A stretch of 64,000 nt of DNA from Euglena gracilis (lineage: Eukaryota). The stretch lies in assembly GCA_039621445.1 (NCBI GenBank), contig CP154954.1, positions 11,712,716-11,776,715 of the forward strand, given 5' to 3'. Below are positions 15,101 to 59,800 of the stretch, one piece after another (position 1 is the first letter of the stretch; the number at the start of each line of letters is the position of its first letter). The notes beneath the pieces were generated by a model. That model was not told where the DNA came from. It saw nothing but the letters and a program-made list of their open reading frames with translations, and did not search any database. The position numbers and the translations under genes were made by a program.

Positions 15101-16012
15101 AAATTAGCAAAATGGTTGATGACAGGAGCATTGGCAAATTGGGTGAGGTGAGATTGTCAACGTTTTGTTTTGTAAAATTTGGGGTTGCAGATCGCAACCA
15201 ATTCGATTCTGGTCATCGGTTGTGGTTGGGCAAAAGCAGGCACCCTCTGCACCGTGTGAACCCCCCTCCGGTGAGCAGCAGAGTGGAAAACGGCCAGCAG
15301 AGGTCCCTGGCTTGGAAAGTCCCGGGCTCCGGGCTGGCAGTAACGCCTCCAGTGGGTCCTCCAAGTCCACGTCCGGCACAGAAGGCGACGGCCCGGTCCG
15401 GGGATGGAGCCAGGGCAACAGGGCACACAACGGGCGGGGCCCATCATCGGCATTGCTAAACCATCCCTGGGGTCATCGGCGGCTGAGGTAAGAGGCGGAT
15501 GATTCATCGGCGAATTTTTCGATTTTTTTCACCGCTTTTGACCCGGAGATGACCCAAAACGCATGGGTTTCGGGTAAAAAAAATGGGGGGCCAGGGGGTC
15601 AAAAAAATTTTTTTGGCTTGAAAAGATGGATTGGGGGATATGGCACAGGGTGATGGCCAACAACCCGGGATGGCTAGGGGGATGGAACAGAATCAACCAG
15701 ACCTGGGGTCAAATCACCGGGAGAAAGAAAAAATTCAAAAAAAACAGAGATTCACAAAATGATGCCCACCAGGCTGCCTTTGGCCAGGTTTGGGTGGAAC
15801 CGACCTGTCCACCCCTCCCTGGGATTCAGGGTTCCAGTGCGGTCAGGGGGGTGTTGACCGGGGCTTTGCTTGACTCAACCTCGGTGGGCCAGAGAGTCCC
15901 AGGGCCCTGGGCACAGCAGGGGCACCACTGCCCAATAGGCCCCGAGGAACAGCAGCAGGGCGGTGGGGGAGAGCAGGCCGCGGGCTGCGCGCATTGTCGC
16001 CCCCGGGGGCAT
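1..16012 (-). CDS. Multi-exon type II membrane glycosyltransferase, O-fucosyltransferase-like (GT-B, POFUT/GT65-GT68-like); 3' end lies outside the window
   Basis: Minus-strand exons: 15913-16012 MPPGATMRAARGLLSPTALLLFLGAYWAVVPLL (signal anchor); ~15253-15405; ~14880-15031; 9352-9439; ~7665-7801; ~7245-7325 KYLLQMEEYYGLS; ~6785-6815 VMIEPLLQ; ~6265-6335 YLPLISFRDFL; ~5085-5190; ~4305-4380; ~3730-3840; ~3250-3335; 2617-2702 HLPDRYVAIKIRSGDFL; ~2025-2105; ~1150-1230 LVFLSTE; ~605-675; 1-68. Motif order (YLL..GLS, xxEP, SFxDF, YxAxHxRxxDF, VFLxTD/E) matches O-FucT-like proteins from memory. Confidence 0.7.
2617..2702 (-). CDS. Exon of gene 1 carrying the GDP-fucose-binding-type motif YVAIKIRSGDF
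   Basis: Translates HLPDRYVAIKIRSGDFLREFWIPKSRED; the upstream intron ends CTG-ccccc|A (nonconventional 3' end); GC3-rich codons. Confidence 0.75.
3383..3516. mobile_element. MITE; relatives at ~14169-14270 and ~14520-14630
   Basis: CAG(G)nAATTGG...CCAAT(C)nTG ends; shared core ggaggcgagaaaattgg...ggtctcggccaaa...ggaaatatttggcaggattt. Confidence 0.65.
6053..6197. mobile_element. MITE with 7-bp TSD (family B), internal (AAAATGCGCA)n
   Basis: CAG(G)nATGCG...CGCATT(C)nTG; flanks ATCGTTG / ATCGTTG. Confidence 0.85.
8604..9084. mobile_element. hAT-like MITE
   Basis: Perfect 17-bp TIR CAGGGAATTTCTTAAGC / GCTTAAGAAATTCCCTG; flanks gtgtctga / gtgtctgt (7/8); internal gctggctgga repeats also seen near 16440-16575, 22320-22390 and 49990-50160. 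Confidence 0.9.
9530..10072. mobile_element. Diverged partial copy of the 58561-60054 element
   Basis: Shared blocks such as ggtgttc(a/t)gaaatagt.ctgggatt.ttcca, aaaaaggttgc, tttacgga.aaccgtga, agctgtgg.gg.gttcccca. Confidence 0.75.
10200..11645. mobile_element. Non-autonomous element of the same TAGGCGGCC-TIR (MULE-like) family
   Basis: TIR TAGGCGGCCGGATTCGCACTTAAG / CTTAAGTGCGAATCCGGCTGCCTA (23/24); flanks actttgact / aatttgaact; TGCGCA subterminal motifs. Confidence 0.85.
11710..11897. repeat. (TTCA)n/(TTCG)n microsatellite
   Basis: Direct reading. Confidence 0.9.
12650..13650. mobile_element. Partial third copy of the MULE-like family (right TIR only located)
   Basis: CTTGAGTGCGAGTTAGGCCGCCAA at 13627-13650 plus TGCGCA-rich tracts at 12650-13060; left end not found. 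Confidence 0.55.
15913..16012 (-). CDS. First coding exon of gene 1 (short cytoplasmic tail plus transmembrane anchor)
   Basis: ATG at 16012, hydrophobic stretch LLSPTALLLFLGAYWAVVPLL; intron gccCAGggc...gccCTGgctcc|at joins in frame to the exon starting at 15405. Confidence 0.65.
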
Positions 16013-17026
16013 TCGGGGCCCCAGTGGCGGGGCACCGCCGCACCACCGCCTCTCAGCGGAGCAGCGGCGGGCAGATATTAAAGAACGCTGTTGCCCAGTC
16101 ACTGCCCATACTGAGGTGATGGATTGCCAAACCTGGACAGCCAAAAATTAAAACCAAAAATATATAAAATTATTTGTGAATAAATTTTTTGTAATTGAAA
16201 AGTTGGGGATACTATTTTCCTTGGTGTGGGGGGGGAGTGCACGGTGGACAGAAGGGAAGCAGTGGTGCGGTCCAAAACCTACGCACCCGGAGACCAGCTG
16301 CACATGATGGTGGCGTGCTGTGTGGGGGAGAGGGGGCTGACAGGGCGGCCATGTCCCAAGTTCCGATGATGGAATGCAGGATTTTGCAGGTGCCAAGTTG
16401 GCATTTGGCATACATGTTCTCTTGTTACTCCACAACAGGGCGTCGTTTGAGGGTCCCCCCCCCCGGGGGGGTCCAGCTCAGAGGCTGGAAAACTTCGGCT
16501 GGCTGGAAAAAGGCTGCCCCCTCTGCCCCCCACCATGGGGTCCCCCAGCTGGAACTGGCCCCGACTGGGGGGTCAAACCAGGTTCCAAAGAATCGAAACT
16601 GCAAAGTTGTCAAAACAAAACCTCCAATTATACAGAAAAAAGCATTCTTGACACAAAATCTGCCCTGGCCCAACGCGACACAAATGCGGGAAAACGTACC
16701 AAGCGCTTGCTTGGCGTGGCCTGATGGGCCGCCTGGCCTGAACGGTAACACACTGAATGGGCATGGAGGGGATGGTGGGCCAGAGGGTCCGCCACAACAC
16801 CGGATGGGATGGGGAGAAGCCTGCACGCAGGCGACAGCGATGGGGGCGGGCGGAAACTCCCGGAACAAGACAGAAATGTGGCGTGACACGGATGCTGCTG
16901 CCAGCCGTTGGTGTAGTCGGGAGTGAGTTGTTGCTGCCACGGGGTATTGAGCAAACCCTCTCGGCAGCGGCAGGGGTGGTGGCCGTGTGGGCTGGGGCGT
17001 CGCTTGGGGAGGACACCCGACGTGGC

Positions 17027-51390
<34,364 letters not shown>

Positions 51391-51397
51391 GCGGGCG

Positions 51398-51430
51398 CTG
51401 GGGGGGGGCAGGGGCGGGGAGGAGGGGGCA
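51398..51430 (-). promoter_or_regulatory. Pyrimidine tract plus AG 7 nt upstream of the CCAR1-like ATG; candidate spliced-leader trans-splice acceptor
   Basis: Minus strand ccccctcctccccgcccctgcccccccccAG|cgcccgcATG; euglenids add spliced leaders at such sites. Confidence 0.45.
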
Positions 51431-53131
51431 ACTCGCTGGGGCTCGCCAACGCACAATGGTTTGCCGGTGGGGTGCTTCCTTCGGGGCTTTAAGGTGGGTT
51501 GAGAGTGGAGCCTCTGCTGGTGGCCAGCGGCCCGACAGGGGGGGGGGGGGCGAACCTTTGGGAAGAAAAACGTTGCAGCTTAGCTTCCCCCCAAAGAAAG
51601 TGAAACCGACACACAAAAAAATGCAATTTTCATGATTTGGATTCTGCAAAGAAAATGCAAATTACACAAATTATGAAAACTTGCCCTCTCCCCGCCATAA
51701 GCTATAACAAGGCTGTCAACCACCGTGATCGCAGGTGGGGCCACCTGTCAGGTTTCGAGGTTTCCCCCACAGCCCTGGCATGGGAGGGGGTTTGGCTGGG
51801 TTTTGGGTGGGTGGGTGGGTGATTTGCCCCCCCCCCCCGGGGTAGGGTGTCGTGGGTGGGTGGGTGGGTGGGAGGCCAAAAAACATTGTTTCGGACAATT
51901 TTTTTTCTATTTTGCCGACTTTTTTGACCACTTTTGACCCAAACTCCATGGGTTTCGGGCCAAAAACGGGGTGCTGGGAGGTCGAAAAACACTCATTTTC
52001 GCCTAAAAAAAAACAGGTTTTCCGCGTCCGGGACGCCAAAAAAAAACATCGTTTTGGACAATTTTTTTTCGACTTTTTTCGACTTTTTTTTGATAGTTTG
52101 TGGGTGGGGGTTGGGCCCTGGGAAAAGTGTCCCTCCGGGTGGGGTCACTTGGTGTCCGACCGCCTCCCCCGTGCGCCTCATATGCTGCTCTGCTGTAGAC
52201 CGGTGACCAGCCACGACGAGGGCGCTTTAATTTGGGGTTCTCTGAGGTCGACACTTTCATGCCCGGGAAGGTGCCACCTAAGCTTGCGCTAGCCAGGTGG
52301 CCGGGGGGATAGCCAATCAATTTGATAGTTTTTTCAATGAGCAGAGATATTCGAGTTGCTGTTGTAGAATGGTTGGCACCACGGCAACCCCCCCCCGGTG
52401 GGGGTTCCAGAGGCCCCTACCCACCCACCCATTCTCATTACCGTCCCAAGTCTCCCTCGTGTCCGCGATTGAAAGTGAAACCGGGGGGGGCAAACTTTTG
52501 GGAGGGGGTCAATTAACATATTGTGTGTTTTGTTGGGAGAGGGCAAAAACAGGCCGAAGAACCTGAATAGAGGGGGCCAATATCGCAAGCAGAGGCTGGG
52601 GGCTAAATTCATGGGGCCAGGTTGGCATGAAAAAAAAAGGGTGGGGGACCAAGCACCTGGGGGGGATATGCGCTGGGGGAGGAGGAGCCAAATGAGGAAG
52701 TAACAAATAAGCCAAATAGCCCAAAAACCTTCACGAGAAGAAAGAATTTGAAAACTCCCAACCGAAGTTCACCACTGGCACCCCCAGCTTTGGTCAATTT
52801 TTTGGCTGTTAGCTGCGATGTATGGACCACACATGCGCATGTTGGGGTAGTTTTTCTCAGTACAATACTTGAGCATAGATATCGAATTCTCAAAAAAATC
52901 TGTTTTGTAAAAGCAATAATTAATTAATTTATAAAACTAATGAAAAAATTAATTAAACTGATAAAACAAATAAATAGAAGTTAATAAAGAAAGAAGCCTC
53001 ATGCACTCACCGCACCAGGCATATGGTGTAGATATGACGGTTGGTTAACGTCGACTCTTGGAAGGAAATCCATCCGTACAGAATTGGATCAAAATATGTT
53101 GACACGTCCTCGTGACCTTCTTGTTACTGGG

Positions 53132-53741
53132 TCACTCAATACTGCTGGTCGCTGTGTGCTCCCACTCATGGGTGTGGGGGATGAAGAGCGGCCCCAAAGG
53201 AGCTCGGGGAGGGGTCCACAGTGTTGGGGGGGATGCATTTTATTTCCCAGCATTTTGGGTCAATGGTTTGTTCTAATTTAAAGACAATCTTTCACCCAAA
53301 TTCTTCAACCTTTCCACCTCCTGGAATCGCCGGGGAGCGGGGAGGCTGTCAGCGGCGCGTCTTGCACCATAGATTAACGACATCATACTCACCCCCCGGG
53401 GGGAGGCAAGTAACCCCCCCCTTGTCGTTGACATGCCAATGTTCCAGAAAAGTGTCGTTGACACGGGGGGTGTGTCAACGACACGCCGTGTCAACGACAA
53501 GGGGGGGAGGTATGTATGTATGTATGTATGTATGTATGTATGTATGTATGTATGTATGTATGTATGTATGTATGTATGTATGTATGTATGTATGTATGTA
53601 TGTATGTATGTATGTATGTATGTATGTATGTATGTATGTATGTATGTATGTATGTATGTATGTATGTATGTATGTATGTATGTATGTATGTATGTATGTA
53701 TGCATGCATGCATGCATGCATGCATGCATGCATGCATGCAT

Positions 53742-53840
<99 letters not shown>

Positions 53841-56800
53841 TGCATGTATGTATGTATGTATGTATGTATGTATGTATGTATGTATGTATGTATGTATGTA
53901 TGTATGTATGTATGTATGTATGTATGTATGTATGTATGTTTGTATGTATGCATGCATGCATGCATGCATGCATGTATGTATGTATGTATGTATGTATGTA
54001 TGTATGTATGTATGTATGTATGTATGTATGTATGTATGTATGTATGTATGTATGTATGTATGTATGTATGTATGTATGTATGTATGTATGTATGTATGTA
54101 TGTATGTATGTATAAACTCTTGAAAATGCTTGAAAATGCCTTAAACAATTGGCACTGGTAGTTTTTCTCCTACTGAACAAATATCAAAGCGCAAAATCTC
54201 GAGCCAAATCCAGGAAGAAAAAAATGAAAAATGGTTTTTTTTACTTTTTTTTGGAAAACACTAGGACTTGATTTTGGAAAACATTCAAAATCAAAAAAAA
54301 GTTGGTTGGATAGCCCTTGGACCACCCTGGAAAATAGCGCCTTGGAAAGCCTTCGAATGCCTTAAAAAATCTTTTAAAAATACCTTTTTGGGTGAAAAAT
54401 AATAATGCCTGCTCCTGGCAAAGGGCAAAAGACGGAGACGTGTGAACGGTTGTCTTGCACGGCTTTCCACACAGGGTCAGTCCAGGGGAGGAAAGGTCTC
54501 TTTGCCACCCGAGATTGCGCGACTCGTGGCGGCTGAGCGCGTGTGGAAGGCCAGGCGCGCTGGAGGTGCAGTCGGCGCTGGCGGTGCAGACTGGAGGGGG
54601 GAGAGTCCCTGCCAATGGCAGCGGCACGACGTCGGGAGGGAGAGACCGCCAGGGTGGGCCGGCGGAGAATGGGACGCCAAAAACAGTTTCACCATTCTTT
54701 TATTGGAAAAAAAATTGAAACACAACAAAAGGTTTGCTCGCGCCCCATCGGTTTTTACAGATCCCCGTGACCGTGGAGGGCACTTGGAAACCTGATGGGG
54801 AGACTGGGCCACCCACGGTGGAACTCGACCCCACTCCCCGGGTTCACATCGAGAAAAACATGCCTGAGTTGGGAATGCAAAAGAAGCACTTCTGTCGATT
54901 GGGGTGGAGATTTGTGATCAGAAATTTACAAAATGATCTACAATACATTTCGTATGTAGAAAAAAAATAAGCTAGAAACAAGACGCATCAAATAGGACTT
55001 TACAAAAATTGGTTCCGGACTGAACGTTTTGGCCACCTAATAGATAAGTGCTGTTAGCAAATCGTCAAGAAACAGAACGCATGTATGATTAGGAACCAGA
55101 GGTTCGAAGTTTTCTATTTCTGGCGAAAAACAGGTCTCAGCTGAAATTGGATCCCAAATCAGAAAATTATATTGAATCAAAATTATTTCTAAGCAAATCT
55201 CTCAAAACCAACACATGCACGCACAACAAAACCTTGGTTTGAAAAACAGCGTCTTATAACAAATGATATACCACAATAAACTGTGCAACCATGAGCCTGG
55301 TGGAGGGGGGGGGTCTGTGGTCCAATGGGGAAAAAAGAACAATAGACACCTTAATTACCAAAGAACCCTGAACCTTTCTGTTGATTGTCAATAAGACAAT
55401 GCAAGGTGAAAACCTGGGGTTAAGAAGGGGAGACTACATCCACGAGACATACGGAGGCTGGTCCTCAGCCTCTATGGTCCCTTTCTGGAAAATGGCATCC
55501 CCCACGCCTGGGCAGCGGGCAGCGCGTCCCACCCTGGGGATGGAGGCGACCGAGGCGGAATGCAGCAAGCGTGCAGGGGCGTGCGAGGGGCCGGCACATC
55601 CCCCGGGGCACCGCACATGACTGGGAGTATGACTGCGCACACCGCACATGACACCGCACATGACATGACACTGCACACATGACACCGCACATGACATGAC
55701 ACTGCACACATGACACCGCACATGACATGACACTGCACACATGACACCGCACATGACTGGGCGTATGACCGCGTGACCCCACGGCAGCGATTTTCCGGCG
55801 AAGGAGGGGAAGCAAGCCGACAACCCCACTGCTTTGGGGCATTTCTGACCAATTCAGGGGGACACGCAAAAAAATAAAATGAATAAAATACCCTCAAAAA
55901 TGAGTGGAGAGTGAGGGTTATGGGGAGGGGGTGGGGGAGGTCCTGGGGCGCGGGGGATTCCATTTCCAAGCGTTCTAGAGAATTGATGGTGTTCCTGAAA
56001 GCGAAAGTTCTGAAAGCGAAAGTGGAAACATCCAAAAGTGCGGTGTGCCCAGAACTTCAAAGAAGATGCAGCACAAATCATGCGCAGAGGTGCTGCCTAT
56101 TTAGTTTATTTATATAAAATAAAATTGATTTATATAAAATAAAATGAAAAATATAAAATGAAAAAAATATGTATATAATATAAAATAATTAATATTAAAA
56201 ACTTATTGCCCGCCCCCCCCCCTGTCGTACGACCGGGTTCCTGCAACCTGCGACCGGGGGGGGGGGGTCGTAACCCCCATAACCTGCAACCTGCGACCGG
56301 GGGGTGGTCGTTAATGAGGGGCGGTTGTACGACAAGGGGAACCACACCAGCGGGAACCACACCAACCACACAAGGTGAGTGTATGTCCCTACAGCGCTGG
56401 AATTACACCAGAGTTGCTCACTCAGCCAGGCGGAGCAACAAAAGAGCACTGGTGTAAGGGGTACCTGGCCACTCACCACACAGCAAGCTGGGCCAGAAGC
56501 GAAGTTTGTGCCGGCCATAAACAGACAAGAAGCCTTAGTGCAACTAAGGGGGACCACCCACGCAAGCCGTGGGGCCACGTACTCACGTGGCAACCAGAAG
56601 CGGTGACCACACACCATTTGTGACGATTTTAGGTGGTGTGTTGCAGTAGTGGGAACGTCGCCAAAGCGAGGGTGCCCAAGGCCCTGAATAGCCATCGCTT
56701 TGGTGTCCGGGTACCCCAGAGGGCCTTGACCAGCCCACCCGGGTGCCCCTGGTGGCCTTGACCAACCCGGCCCACCCCTGTGGCCAGAAGGGAAAATGGG

Positions 56801-59800
56801 AGGAGTGAGGGGAAGAAAGTGGGACCCCCGCGGAGACCAGCAGCGGAAAACGCGACTCCGATGCCTCTGTAGGGGGGCATGGCCGCTTCGTGCGACCGCC
56901 TGGGGGATATGGCAGGGGGGCCGTTGGGCTCGCCGGCCTAGTAGGAGCACACCCCCAGCAACCCAACCCCAAAGGGGAAGTCAGCAGAGAGGGATCCACC
57001 CACGAGGCAGAGGACCGCCCAAACCAACCCCAGACAGGGCATGGAGCGCGGGTACCAGTATGTATGGAACTACTGGTACCCAGCGGCACACTACCCACCC
57101 GCCACCTGCCCTAAGGCCGAGATTTGGTGACCCGGGTTTATCAAAGCCACGGGACCGTGAGGCCACACCGGAATTTTTCAAGTCATGCTGTTGTGCCTAC
57201 ACCATGCATCCCCCACACAGAAAAGTGGGAAGAGGGCAGGAGGCAAGAGCAGCACTGGGGCGCAAGGGTGTAGACCCACCCACGGGAACCACACCAACCA
57301 CACAAGGTGAGTGTATGTCCCTACAGCGCTGGAATTACACCAGAGTTGCTCACCCGGCCAGGCGGAGCAACAAAAGAGCACTGGTTTAAGGGGTACCTGG
57401 CCACTCACCACACAGCAAGCTGGGCCAGAAGCGAAGTTTGCGCCGGCCATAAACAGACAAGAAGCCTTAATGCAACTAGGGGGGGGCAGGTAATATTAAA
57501 ATTAAATATTACTTATTTCACTTTGTTTTAATCTGTCTGGTTATTTCAATTTATGTCATATTTTTATGGTTTCTGTGATGTTTTTTTTAATCAAAAAAAG
57601 AAAGAAAGAAATTACCCTCCCCCCCCCTATGTCCAACGACCAGTAACCTCTGTCCTCCGACCGGGGGGGGTGGTCGTTGGACATAGGGTAGTGACCAAAA
57701 AGGTCCTCTGACCGGGGGGTTGGTCGTTGGACAAGGGGTCAAAAAAAAATGTTGGCGGGTAATCGGGACCCCACCCCCCAAAAAAGGTCAAATTTTCCCT
57801 TCCAGCGCTTTGTGCCGAAAATTTTGGGCAATTTTGACAAATTTTTGTCCAAAGAGTGCCAAAAATGGCATTTTGGCCAATTTTTCACCAATTTGGGGCA
57901 CCAAAATTTTCGCCAAACCTCCAAAAAGGTGTCCGGGGGGGTGGTCGTTGGACATAGGGGGGTCGTTGGACATAGGGGGGGGGGGTACTTGAAAATAGGC
58001 TTCGGATACTATAAAAAAAAAATACAGGTCCAGCCCCCCCCCCGAGCACTGCCCTTCGCCGCGGGGGGGGGGGGGGGGCATGTCACAGGGTCCAGGGGCA
58101 TAGGGCGGCACACCCAACACGGATAGTGCCGGGCAGGGGCAAAATGCCACCTCTATGGGAACCTCTTTGTGCTTCTGCTATGGCAGGCACCATGGTCCAA
58201 GGCACGTTCCCACGTTGCGGGGAGGTACATGTCCCCATAGGGTTGAAAGGCCTCCATGGCGGCAATTTCCGAGGTTTTCTTTACATCGCTCTTTTGCTTG
58301 CAACCTTGTTTTCCATGCAGGGGGAAATGCACGATTCAGGTAGCACTAACCGCTTCCCGGTTATTGGTCCAGGAACAAACACAATCTTTGCCATTCTCCC
58401 AAACAAAATCACTGGAATCGTGGAAATTCGCCGGTGAAGCGTCCCACGGGCGGCTCCCCTCCAGTACATTGATGGTTCAGCGAGGTCAAACTGCACACTG
58501 CTGCCCGCAAAGTGGTCAGGGTTGGGTGGGGGGAGGAGGTCCGATATGGCCCGGAGTAACCCTAGCCCGCGTTGTCAGCCCACTTGAAAAACGCCCCAAT
58601 TTCGCCCGAATTTTCCGATTTTGCCGTGAAAAAAAAAATCCCGGGAAAATTGTGGGTCCCAAGGTGTTCTGAAATAGTTCTGGGATTGTTCCACCCTGCC
58701 GATGCCTTACGGGTTCCCCTGAATGGTTGGGAGCCCGAAAAAAAGGTTGCTCGGTGAAGGAGGTTCATGGTTATCCGTAAACATTCAAAAACAGAAGTTT
58801 ACGGAGAACCGTGACCTTGAACTTGTTTACGGTTTCCCGCGGACTTGTGCTGCTCCCCTCTTGTTTGTGAATGGGACCCGAACCTTGTCTCCAACCACCA
58901 GGAGCTGTGGTTATAGCCCTTTTGACCCAGCCCCCACCCCATATGTCCAATGCAACGACTGAACATGGTCACGGGTTTCCGTAAACTTGCTTTCTGAAAT
59001 TTTTTGTTATCGGTGCATCCCTTCCTGGTCGGTCCCAACGTTCTGTGGGAACAGCACTGGAACAAGGCACGCTTTGCTCACGTCAGTGTAGTGTTGGTGC
59101 CAAGCTGTGGAGGTGTTCCCCACAAACACTGGCTGGGGTTGCTTGTGGGGCGTCGGTTCCCCCTCTCACCAGGTGCAGTTGCGACATAATGAAATGATGT
59201 TCAAGGTTTCACGTAAACTTAGGACAGGTTTGGAGAATAGACTTCACTCTGGGCACAGAACCCAAGTTACTGCTAATGAGCCCAGTTGCCATAGACCGGC
59301 CGCAATCACCTCGGCACACCTTGGGCTGGGTAACAGGTGCCCTCCGTTCCCCCGACTTCCCCCGATGCCCCCCAAGAAAGGTCCGTCAGCAACAACCCAG
59401 AATGAGCTGTTTAAGGGCTCACTGCAGGGGGTCACCCTGCTTCCTCACCACTTGATAGGCCTCAGCAGCTCCATCCCAACATCAAGGTACCCCCCATCTT
59501 AGGAATCCAATGCGGTTTCCCTTCACACTCCCCCACTTACAGGAATGTCCCGGAAAATTATTCATCCATTTGCACATTCCATTTCAACATTATAGAGAAC
59601 TGCCCTCAGAAACACATTTCGCTCTGCAGGTTTGAAGAGCTCTGCAAAGAGGCTGAATTATGCTGAACGTGAAAATGTGGAGCGTAGAGTACGTTTTCAG
59701 AACCCATCCGCTGATGCTTGTTGCAATTGTGGGAAACACTACTCAGAGCAACGGACTCTGAGGATTGTCACTGACAACCTCCAAAAAATCAAAGATTTTT

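Noticed and set aside
14907-15101. Protein-like plus-strand ORF (DLSRLPHRLYQLD...)
   Set aside because: The minus-strand frame has stronger GC3 bias and an in-phase AG acceptor, so this is its antisense shadow.
53221-54180. Overlapping ORFs of MYVC/HTYI repeats
   Set aside because: Tetranucleotide microsatellite without stops in several frames.
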